Made by a program: the position numbers and the translations under genes. This document shows, piece by piece, positions 19,618 through 28,636 of a stretch of DNA of 64,000 bases. Origin of the DNA: an uncultured delta proteobacterium (GTDB lineage Bacteria > Desulfobacterota > Binatia > UBA9968); contig CAVUZH010000003.1 in assembly GCA_963745835.1 (NCBI GenBank), positions 1,344,001-1,408,000 on the forward strand, written 5' to 3'. The notes under the pieces are model-generated. The model made no database searches. It worked only from the letters and a program-made list of their open reading frames with translations, and was not told where the DNA came from. The number at the start of each line of letters is the position of its first letter. Position 1 is the first letter of the stretch.

Positions 19618-20587
19618 TGTGTTCAGGGCTGGTTCTCCGACGGCGCTGAGCCGCGAATGAAGATAGAGTTTAGTCGTCGTCATGTGGAAGTTGCGCTTTC
19701 GGTGAACTCGATCGGTTGCGCGCTGAATACGCTCGGTCTAGCCGAGATTAATGTGGTCGTATAAGTGTCGCTCATTCGGTACACGATTCATCGTGAATAT
19801 CGAATATGACACATTACCGATCATGCTTCGGTTTAGTCTTCGCTAATCCATCTCTCTTGCTTCGCTGGAGTCATTCTTGCTTTATTTTTCTGGCGTGACG
19901 CATCTCATTCGTGAACTCACCCGCTTTGTACCTGATCGCGACACTATCACGGAAGTAGTTATCGTACTCGGGATAGTGCTGATGTTCTCTTCTTGTCGAA
20001 AACCAACAACCTGCAGAGCATTGCACGGCAGGTATCCCCTTATTCATCGGAAGCTTCACCAGCGATAAGTCAGAAGTAATTCCCCAAGACAGACTCAATG
20101 AATCGTGTGGGCGGGACCGATCGGAAGTCTGTGCACTTAAACGTGGCCGAAGGTTTTCACTACATTGCGAGCTACACCTCACAAAAACGTGGGTCGCAGT
20201 GAACGGCGGAATCTGCCAACTAAGGCAGTTTCTGCCAAGGATGGCTGCTTTTTAAATTAGGTTAATATCCTAAAACGCCGAGCCTGTCTGTGCATCTACT
20301 CGGCCCGCTCCTTGCGTTTTGGAGTAACAGCGGGAGGCACTGGACACCGTATTCGAGAAAAACATCAGGACGCCCATCAAGCAATACGGCGTCTCCCCTC
20401 CACAACCCTGCATGTCCCTCCTGGGACGTGTCCAACTCGCCTCCCGCGCACACCCAGTTCCGGTGCTGTTTAGCTTGAAGCTTTAGGGTCTTCGGTTGCA
20501 TACGCCGACTTAACGCCATGCTTGTCGAATTCGCGGCTGCTGTTACAGTTGAGTTAAAGCTTATCTACCCACACTGGAGGACTTCCA

Positions 20588-20752
20588 ATGAATCACACCG
20601 TCGCGTTTACGCTCCTGGTTATTTCGACAGTGATGTTAGCCGGGTGCGAGCTCGTCGGGGATATCTTTGAGGCGGGCGTATGGGTGGGAGTAATTTTGGT
20701 TATACTGATCGTTGGTTTGGTCGTCTGGCTTTTTGCCAGGGGCAGGACCTGA
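20588..20752 (+). CDS. Small (54 aa) membrane lipoprotein
   Basis: Below ORF-track cutoff; GGAGG RBS; MNHTVAFTLLVISTVMLAGCELVGDIFEAGVWVGVILVILIVGLVVWLFARGRT with lipobox LAGC followed by a TM helix. Confidence 0.8.
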   Translation: MNHTVAFTLLVISTVMLAGCELVGDIFEAGVWVGVILVILIVGLVVWLFARGRT

Positions 20753-20891
20753 GAGTTGCCGAAACAGTTCAATGATTTAGTTAGGATTTTGAAACTAAGC
20801 TGCGGCGAAGTGGATACAGCAGCTCTTGACCGCTGTCGCTCGAAATTGAAGATGAATTTGAAGAAACGCCGCGAGGCACCACCGATGTCGG

Positions 20892-21320
20892 TTACTGCCC
20901 GGTTGCGAGCCCGATAACGTCCTCGATGATATCTAGGATCCGGTTAGTACGTCGATCGAGCAAGATCACATCACGCTCAATGATGACCCGCTCCCAGTAT
21001 TCAGGGATTGACGGCAACCGTGAATCTAAGGCAGAAGGCAGAGGCTCTAACCGTTTTTGGAGCCCGGGAGGCAGCTGCCCATTCTTTTCCAAATGCTTCT
21101 GCAGCCCTGGAGGTAATTTACCTCCGCGCTTTGCCAACCCCGGCGGTAAACCTTTCTTCGTTGTGTTCGCGCGACGATAGTACTCACTGATGATTCTGCG
21201 CTCCTCCGGGAGGAAGTGTTCCGGATGTCGCTTGTCCAGTGCAATCGCATATGTGGCCGAAAGCGCCGAAGGAAATATTAAAAGTATTATCACTATGCTT
21301 GTTTTGATCGGTGAGTTCAC
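20892..21320 (-). CDS. Secreted LPPGL-repeat protein (RcnB-like)
   Basis: Signal peptide; GLPPGLAK/LPPGLQK x3; C-terminal ERVIIERDVILLDRRTNRILDII. Confidence 0.78.
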   Translation of the reverse strand: MNSPIKTSIVIILLIFPSALSATYAIALDKRHPEHFLPEERRIISEYYRRANTTKKGLPPGLAKRGGKLPPGLQKHLEKNGQLPPGLQKRLEPLPSALDSRLPSIPEYWERVIIERDVILLDRRTNRILDIIEDVIGLATGQ

Positions 21321-21356
21321 ATCGACTCCTCTCGTTGAGATAAGACCGTTATCGCT

Positions 21357-21751
21357 TTGACACTTGCCATGACCAGAACCGTTGATGGCCTTTCGCCGAG
21401 TTGCTGCTTCGCCAGCGCTAGCGAGATGAGGACGTTACCATGCCCCATCTTTCCGGTTGGTGGATTGATGATTGTTGTCTCGGTGGTCGGCGCTCCGGTT
21501 GGGTCGGTCGGCGCACTGCTCGTTAATGTAATCGGGGTGCCATTTCTTAGACCAATCATAACTGGAATGACCACCCAGAAAGGAGCTTAAATCTGAGCTG
21601 ATCTTATCCACGACTTTCGAACCACCCTGGCTGGAAGCGAGAGTATTCATCTTGGTCGCTTCCGCATTCAATGCTGTTGTTGCTTGGGCAACCCCACTCC
21701 GGACCAGCTGCCGAAGATGCTCGCCGCTACTAACAGAGCTGAAGTATTCAC
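21357..21751 (-). pseudogene. Frameshifted and truncated secreted protein
   Basis: AAGGAGG RBS and GTG at 21751; protein-like text split over three frames (signal peptide; LNAEATKMNTLASSQGGSKV; GLRNGTPITLT..PPTGKMGHGNVLISLALAKQQL). Confidence 0.6.
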
Positions 21752-21776
21752 GGTCTCTCCTCCTTACCGAAACTTA

Positions 21777-22199
21777 TCAGACGCCTAGCACCCGTTCTGT
21801 TTGTATGATGATCTCAGTCGCGGTTGCGCGGTCCTTGAAGAAGATGCCCTGCTTGGCCACTGTGCGAATCCTGGTTGTTTTGGCGCTTACCATCTCGAGC
21901 TCGATTTCAATCTCACGGTCATTGCTCATCGCTTTGATCGCCTTGCCCTGCTCTGTTTTAGAAGTTGCTTGAATCTTTATTCCCATACGATCGAGGGCAG
22001 TGCGTGTAGCTCCTTCGACCTGTGATATCGGAGCGGTGAATGTCCGGTAAGCAATTCCATCCAACGTGTAAGAGACTGAAGTACCGGCAGCGACGCCCGC
22101 GCCGACGCCGAAGAGCGTCATTCCTACGGCCGCGCAACCACTCAATGAAAAGAGAGAAAATAGCCCCAGAAAAAGTATTCGCAGTTTTTGATGCTCCAT
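21777..22199 (-). CDS. DUF3568-like lipoprotein
   Basis: Lipobox LSGC, AGVAAG segment, TF.API..V..AT..AL..M.I pattern; start moved to MEHQK. Confidence 0.75.
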   Translation of the reverse strand: MEHQKLRILFLGLFSLFSLSGCAAVGMTLFGVGAGVAAGTSVSYTLDGIAYRTFTAPISQVEGATRTALDRMGIKIQATSKTEQGKAIKAMSNDREIEIELEMVSAKTTRIRTVAKQGIFFKDRATATEIIIQTERVLGV

Positions 22200-22439
22200 G
22201 CGGTAACACCAAAGGCAATATATACGCCACTGGAAAGAACCGGCGGCAATTGCCTCCAACGGAACTTCTTAACCAGGGAAGGACAAGAGCAGAAAAGTCG
22301 GGGCAAGCAAAATTGTGATCGGCTCGGTAAATTTCTACATGATCCTACTCGGTGATGCTGGTCGATCTTCGAAGCATAAATCGTTTGAAGCGTAATTGAT
22401 TGTTGTCGTGGCCCTCTTAGCCCCGCTGTTCTCGGCGGG

Positions 22440-23462
22440 TCATTTGAGCAAGTCGCGCAGTCGATTGATCGTCGTCGCATCGGCTTTGAAGAAGCCATTA
22501 ACAATCTTCTCCAGTTCCTCGCCCGGAACCGGATCGAGCTCGAAATTCCCTTTCTTGGCCTCGGCAATAAATTCCGAATCTTTCAACGTCGCCTGAAAAC
22601 CTTGTCGGAAGAGTTGCACGCGATCCTTCGGTGTACCAGGGGGGAAGGTATAGAGATAGGTGATGGCTCCGACGTCATGCAGCGCCAATTCGATCAGCTT
22701 CCGGCTCGCGTCGGTCTTGGCCAAACTGATGGCGGTTGGGACGTCAGGTAATTCAGGATGGGCTACAGCTGTGTTTTGCAAAACAACTTTTATCTCCCCG
22801 GATTCCAAATGCTTGCGCCAGGTTACTTTGGTCGATGCCCACGCCAGACCGCAAATACCCGACACCTCACCAGCGTCAACCGCCAAACGAATCTCAGCTG
22901 TTCCTTTGTAGCCTGAGACAAGCTGCATAGGCAGCCCAAGCGCTTCTTTCAACACCGCTGCGTTATCGTATGGCGTCGAACCCGGCGGCGTCGCGCCCAT
23001 CTTTACCGGTGTCGGTGAGCTTAACCACTTTTTAGCGCTATCGATGCCGCTGGCCCGAGTCATCACGCAGGTGTCATGATTCTTAACCGGCGCGCCGACA
23101 TACTCGAACTTGCGCGCGTCAAACTCGATGCCCTTCTTTCCTATGACTTGATGTAAAACCAGCGTGCCGATCCAATTGCCCAAAGTTAGCCCGTCAGGCT
23201 TGGCCTGCTTATACACATAATTGGTGCCAATCATGAAAGCTGCGCCCGGCATGTTTTCCACCACGAAGGTTGGATTGCCTGGAATATGTTTGCCCATGTG
23301 ACGAGCGAGCATGCGAGAGTAGGCATCGAATCCGCCACCCGGCGTGGTCGCTACGACCAGGCGAATTGTTTTGCCGCTGTAGAAATCTTCCGCCGCCGCG
23401 GTGGAACAAAATGCCAGGCACACTAATAACGCCCACCACGTGCCGCGATAAGACTTTTTCAT
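22440..23462 (-). CDS. TTT (Bug/TctC-like) solute-binding protein
   Basis: EDFYSGKTIRLVVATTPGGGFD, KHIPGNP, GYKGTAEIRLA; start at RBS-preceded MKKSY. Confidence 0.92.
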   Translation of the reverse strand: MKKSYRGTWWALLVCLAFCSTAAAEDFYSGKTIRLVVATTPGGGFDAYSRMLARHMGKHIPGNPTFVVENMPGAAFMIGTNYVYKQAKPDGLTLGNWIGTLVLHQVIGKKGIEFDARKFEYVGAPVKNHDTCVMTRASGIDSAKKWLSSPTPVKMGATPPGSTPYDNAAVLKEALGLPMQLVSGYKGTAEIRLAVDAGEVSGICGLAWASTKVTWRKHLESGEIKVVLQNTAVAHPELPDVPTAISLAKTDASRKLIELALHDVGAITYLYTFPPGTPKDRVQLFRQGFQATLKDSEFIAEAKKGNFELDPVPGEELEKIVNGFFKADATTINRLRDLLK

Positions 23463-23933
23463 AGATACCTCCGTGTAGATCGGTTGATCAAAGGAATCTT
23501 TATCAAATGATCGTCTCAGCACCAAGGAAATACTTACGAGAACTAGGCCCGAATCACCGCACGGGCAGTAGCAATGCCACCGGTCGAGGATTAACGAACT
23601 AACCCTTAGTCCAGCGTGCAACTCAGCATGAAGGCAAGCTGCATAACGGCACGCGTAAGGTTGAAGGCCAGTAATGAGTCGATGTTAAGTATGTTCCGCC
23701 GAAGCGTCCTTTGAATCTCTGCTCTGTTCTTCTCCCGCCCGTTGTTGCTTTTTAACTCTAACATGATTTGCCGAACACGCTGGAGTATTTCGGCCAATCG
23801 GCTTGACGCTTGTCATCCCTTGGACCTATGGTATCTCACGAAGGAACTAGGCTAGATTTTTTCGGATGACAGCAAAGTCATTCGCAGAGGTCAAGAAAAG
23901 ACCTTCGTACAATTTCGATTGGAGGCTAAATCT

Positions 23934-24302
23934 ATGTCGCGCATTCGCCATATCGCGATTACCACCAAGGACGTCGCTCGTCTCGTCAAGTTTTATACGA
24001 CGGTCTTTGGCCTGAAAGTTGTGCCGGGCCGTGGAACCGGAACCTACCTTTCAGACGGTCACGTCAATCTGGCGATTTTGCCGCTGGAGCCTGAGCGCGA
24101 GACCGAAGGGCCGTATCTTAAGGAAGGTTTTTACCATTTTGGCTTCCAGGTGGATGACGTGGACGCACTGCGACCGATCAGCGAGCAGATGGGCGCTACT
24201 TCCAAGATTGAGAAAAGGCCGGAGAACCGGGAGGTCGAGGCGCGTCTCTATGATCCCGACGGCAATCCTGTCGATCTTTCGAAACGCGGATGGCCGATTT
24301 AA
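23934..24302 (+). CDS. VOC (glyoxalase/bleomycin resistance) family protein
   Basis: IRHIAI, FYTTVFGL, YLSDGHVNLA, HFGFQVDD, DPDGNPVDL. Confidence 0.9.
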   Translation: MSRIRHIAITTKDVARLVKFYTTVFGLKVVPGRGTGTYLSDGHVNLAILPLEPERETEGPYLKEGFYHFGFQVDDVDALRPISEQMGATSKIEKRPENREVEARLYDPDGNPVDLSKRGWPI

Positions 24303-24397
24303 GGTATTCGTAGCTCAGACAGCCTATTGGAATAACTGTTTTGCGTCCCCAACACGATCGATGCCAATTAAGTGATGCGAGACTGTTCAGGAGGCTC

Positions 24398-25423
24398 ATG
24401 ATGAGTTTTAAAACCGCTTTAGTGTTTGCTGCCATTTTAGTTCTGACAGCTAGTAAGAACGAGCTTTTCGGCGCGCAATCCGCATTTGAAGGGAAAGCAA
24501 TCCGGATCGTCGTCGGTTTTTCGGCCGGTGGGGGCTTCGATACCTATTCCCGAGCCATCGCCCGCCACATGGGGAAACATATTCCCGGCAATCCATCCAT
24601 GGTCGTGGAGAACATGACAGGGGCAGGAAGTATCGTTGCAGCAAACCATGTCTACAAAGTGGCAAAACCTGATGGGCTGACGATCGGCAACTTTCACGGT
24701 TTCCAGATTTTGAACCAGGTCTTGGGCGCGCCGGGAATCGAGTTTGATGCACGCAAGCTCGAGTGGCTTGGAGTACCTGTGCAAGATACCGGTGCCTGCG
24801 CTTTGACCAAGGCCAGCGGTATTGGCAGCATCGAGCAATGGCAGGCGGCAAAGCAGCCAGTCAAGCTCGGCGGTGTAGGACCAGGAGACGCCTCCTACGG
24901 CATGGCGAGAGTTCTCAAAGAGGTGCTGGGTTTGCCGGTTCAACCAATCCCAGGTTACAAGGGAACAGCCGATATTCGGCTTGCGGCTGAGAGCGGCGAG
25001 ATTGCAGGCGGCTGTTGGCAATGGGAATCGATTAAAGTGATCTGGCGCAAGGGCCTCGAAACCGGCGATGCTAATCTTGTGCTTCAACTCGTTGCTAGAC
25101 CACATCCCGAGCTTCCCAAAGTACCTCTGGCTGTCAACCTCGCCAAGACTGACGAGGCCCGGACCTTGTTGCAGGCGGCGGTTCACGACCCGAATTCCAT
25201 AACCAGGCCGTACTCGTTGCCGCCGGGTACACCGAAGGATCGGGTGAAAATATTGCAAAAGGCATTTATGGACACTATGAAGGATCCGGAGTTTCTGGCC
25301 GATGCAAAGAAATCCCAACTGGACCTCGAGCCGGTATCGCCGGAAGAAGTGGAAAAAACTGTCGCAAGGTTCTTCAAGCTGGATCCGACTTTGATAGCCA
25401 AGCTACGCGAGATTCTCAAATGA
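24398..25423 (+). CDS. TTT (Bug/TctC-like) solute-binding protein
   Basis: GKAIRIVVGFSAGGGFD, KHIPGNP, GYKGTADIRLA; AGGAGG RBS before 24398. Confidence 0.92.
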   Translation: MMSFKTALVFAAILVLTASKNELFGAQSAFEGKAIRIVVGFSAGGGFDTYSRAIARHMGKHIPGNPSMVVENMTGAGSIVAANHVYKVAKPDGLTIGNFHGFQILNQVLGAPGIEFDARKLEWLGVPVQDTGACALTKASGIGSIEQWQAAKQPVKLGGVGPGDASYGMARVLKEVLGLPVQPIPGYKGTADIRLAAESGEIAGGCWQWESIKVIWRKGLETGDANLVLQLVARPHPELPKVPLAVNLAKTDEARTLLQAAVHDPNSITRPYSLPPGTPKDRVKILQKAFMDTMKDPEFLADAKKSQLDLEPVSPEEVEKTVARFFKLDPTLIAKLREILK

Positions 25424-25522
25424 TGACTATTCGGTCCGATTGGCTCTGTTGAGATCTGGTCGCAATGATCCTGAAGATACCGTGGGCAAACATTATTACT
25501 GATTGTCAGGCTTGGAGGAATT

Positions 25523-26377
25523 ATGCCATTCGCTAACGTACGCGGTGCCCATATCAATTATAAAGTTCTCGGTGGTCACGGACCGTGGGTAGCGCTCTCA
25601 CCGGGCGGACGCCGCGACATGAGCGCGATTGAACCGCTGGCCAAGCATGTAGCTGACCTAGGATTCCGTGTTCTCATCCTCGACCGGCGCAACTGCGGCG
25701 CCTCCGATGTAGTGATCGCTGGTGAGGACTCGGAGTATGAGATCTGGGCCGATGATTTTTACGAATTGCTATCGCAACTGGGCGCGCTTCCCGCCTTCAT
25801 CGGCGGCAGCTCTTCCGGTTGCCGCACTTCGCTTCTTTTTGCTTTGCGTCATCCCGACGCAGTTCGGGGTCTCTTGTTGTGGCGCGTAACCGGCGGCCGC
25901 TTCGCATGTGAACGTTTGGCCCAAGAATATTACGGCCAGTACATCAGCGCGGCGCAGGAGGGCGGAATGGCCGCGGTTTGTGAGATGGAACACTGGAAAG
26001 AGCGAATCGAAGCAAGGCCGGAAAACCGCAAGCGGCTAATGAACATGGAGTCTTCTCAATTCATCAGCGTCATGGCGCATTGGCGCGAGTACTTCGTCCG
26101 CGGCGCTGACCTGCCGGTTATCGGCGCGAGCGAGGCAGAGCTCAGATCAATTGAGGCGCCCGCCCTCGTAATCCCTGGTAATGACAACACACACTCTCAA
26201 AAGACCGGTGAGCTCTTGGGTCAAATCCTTCCTAAGGCCCAACTACATATTCTTTTCCCGAAGCATTATGACATGGACTTAAGCCCGCGAGAGGAATGGG
26301 ACGAGAAGGCGCCCGAAATGGCGAGGCTCTTCGCCGAATTTATGGCCCATAACCAGCAGGCAATCGCGGCAACCTGA
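25523..26377 (+). CDS. Alpha/beta-fold hydrolase
   Basis: LSPGG, DRRNCGASD, GGSSSG nucleophile elbow, PALVIPGND. Confidence 0.88.
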   Translation: MPFANVRGAHINYKVLGGHGPWVALSPGGRRDMSAIEPLAKHVADLGFRVLILDRRNCGASDVVIAGEDSEYEIWADDFYELLSQLGALPAFIGGSSSGCRTSLLFALRHPDAVRGLLLWRVTGGRFACERLAQEYYGQYISAAQEGGMAAVCEMEHWKERIEARPENRKRLMNMESSQFISVMAHWREYFVRGADLPVIGASEAELRSIEAPALVIPGNDNTHSQKTGELLGQILPKAQLHILFPKHYDMDLSPREEWDEKAPEMARLFAEFMAHNQQAIAAT

Positions 26378-27524
26378 TGCCAAGCATCTGAGTCTCGGAA
26401 ACCTTTTCACCTTGACTTGCAGTCGCTCTGCTCACCAGCCGAATGTTCCAGTCTAGATAGTCCTTTCGTTGAAGTGGAAGCGTCTCTCGCTCGCTTTTCA
26501 GTAGGCGACAAGATCTTATCCCAAGCCCCCGCTTCCGGGGCAAAAACTTCCGTTGGCGCATCATTCGCTCGGCGGAACGGTCAAGTTTACTCGCGTGCGG
26601 CCGGAAAAATTTAATCATTCCGAAACTTACGACAACGGTGTGAACCGTCCGCGATTCGGCACAGTCTGCAGGAAAACGGTGCCGTGCCTAAGAAAGTACG
26701 TCTACTATTCGCGGGTTTACCTCGAAGAGATCTCGAAGAACTGTGAACCCAGGGAAACGTAACTAGCGAATGTAATGGTCCACCGCATTCGGAACGCAAC
26801 GGCGGGAGAATCTCAGAAATGGAGGCAAATGGTCAAAAGCAAATACCTTTTTACGGCGATTTTGTTCGAGACCGCAGGGGCTCTGAGATTGTCGGACAGC
26901 AGCAGTAGGACATCCACTGGGGCAAAGCACGACGGGGAAGGCCCAGGGGTACAGGTACGAAATCTACAGTGGCAGCACGAAAGCTGGACATCAACAAAGT
27001 CTCGGGGGGAACCAGCGACAGTGGTTCGGGTGCGCAAGTGCGTTCGGGTAGCGTGACCGGGTAAGGAAGCGGAAGCGGACCGGCTCGAAAAGCCAAGTGG
27101 TAGCGACAACTGAGAATCACGTAAAGCGCTTCTATCATCTTTATTCTGGTGTTTTCTCCGGTATACTGAATATGAGGCATGCGGGTTCAACGAATCGCCC
27201 GCCGAACTTTACCGGCTGTGGTGAGCCGGGCCATCCGGATTATCGCGAGCTTTACCGAAGCATGCCTGTTTCTGGCATAGAACCGACTTCCTTTATAGGG
27301 GGTAGAATTTACTGAGAGAACTTGTCCAAGAGAGCCGTTGCCAACTTAAGAGACCGGTCGATTGTGGTGTCCTGGCTTGCGAACTAAAACGAAGTGTAGA
27401 CTTGGCCTGAGGATTTGCTAATTTAAGAGAAGGCAGCTTTCCGGCGGCTCGGTCACCACGGCTCGCACCGACATTTCGAGTTCCACGATCGAACATCGAA
27501 AGTTTTCGGCTGCACAGGAGAGAC

Positions 27525-28193
27525 ATGGAACGTCTCGAAGACTACCAGAACTGCACTATCCTATACGTTGATGACGAGGAAAAATCGCTCGTCAACTTCA
27601 ATCGGGTCTTTCGCAAGAAGTTTAAGATATTGAGCGCCGCCAACGCGGCAGAAGGTTATCGACTGCTTGAAGAATATCGAGACGACATCGCGCTTCTGAT
27701 GAGTGATCAGCGAATGCCCGGAGAAAAAGGCGTCGAGTTTTTAAAACGCGCTCGTGAAGTGCATCCGAACGCAGTCCGTATTCTGACTACGGCGTACTCG
27801 GATTTCGATGTGGCGATTGAGGCTATGAATTCCGGCGCCGTTTCCAAATTGGTTACCAAGCCCTGGGATATACCTCAACTGGAGATGATCATTAAAGAAG
27901 CCTGTGATTTCTTTACGGCGCAACGCGAGGGCGAGTTTCTGCCTGGTACGGACCTCTCTGCAGCACAACTCAAACCGACGAGTCACGAGCGGGGGACTGA
28001 GATAGGTGAGCTACGAACGCTGGAGCAAGTGGCTCGCTACTTAAATGTGGACAAGTTTACTGTCTACCGTCTGATAACCCAGAAAAAAATACCGGCCTTC
28101 AAAGTAGGCAATCAGTGGCGTTTCAAACAGGAGATGGTAGATGCCTGGCTGGTGGCAAAGGCAAATATCAAAAAGGCCAAATCAGATTACTAA
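27525..28193 (+). CDS. Response regulator receiver fused to excisionase-type (HTH_17) DNA-binding domain
   Basis: ILYVDDE, SDQRMPG, TKPW receiver; C-terminal LRTLEQVARYLNVDKFTVYRLITQKKIPAFKVGNQWRF. Confidence 0.88.
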   Translation: MERLEDYQNCTILYVDDEEKSLVNFNRVFRKKFKILSAANAAEGYRLLEEYRDDIALLMSDQRMPGEKGVEFLKRAREVHPNAVRILTTAYSDFDVAIEAMNSGAVSKLVTKPWDIPQLEMIIKEACDFFTAQREGEFLPGTDLSAAQLKPTSHERGTEIGELRTLEQVARYLNVDKFTVYRLITQKKIPAFKVGNQWRFKQEMVDAWLVAKANIKKAKSDY

Positions 28194-28600
28194 GCATCGA
28201 GTTCGCTCGTAAGTCCCTGTGCCAGTTAATCCGCGGCGCTGTTCCTGCCCAGCAGTTTCAATACACCAGGGCGGCGATTCACAATCTTCTTCCCCTTGAC
28301 AATCTCGTTTGGGTCATTCTCCCCTTCCGCTCGTGCTATTGGGCATTGTTATCGTGGGCCGATGTTCGGTTGTAAATTAGTTCGTGTGTCATCGCCAAAT
28401 CCTCTTAGCGCCGTAACCGCACCTTCAAAATTATAGAAGCGCAGCCGGTGCTGAAGCTTCCGGCGCGCCCATGCGATTCACACTCAGGATAGGAGACACG
28501 CAAGTACACGGCTAGACATAAAATGACACTTTTGTTCATCGCTGGTCGCCCAGCATAATATTCTGGGCCCATTAACGCGTCTCTTTTCGGGATTTTTCCT

Positions 28601-28616
28601 TGGTATACTGCTTGCT
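28601..28616 (+). promoter_or_regulatory. Sigma54-type -24/-12 promoter upstream of the pilB-like gene
   Basis: TGGTAT-ACTGC-TTGCT matches TGGCAC-N5-TTGCW spacing. Confidence 0.6.
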
Positions 28617-28636
28617 CACGTCGGCTCCTTAAGTCC

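Noticed and set aside
26775-27110. RBS-preceded ORF MVKSKYLF... and Gly/Ser-rich text
   Set aside because: Looks like a decayed low-complexity secreted protein, but frames are inconsistent and no family is recognisable.
28000-28193. Prophage/ICE excisionase marking an integrated element
   Set aside because: The HTH is fused to a receiver domain; no integrase, att-like repeat or tRNA seen.
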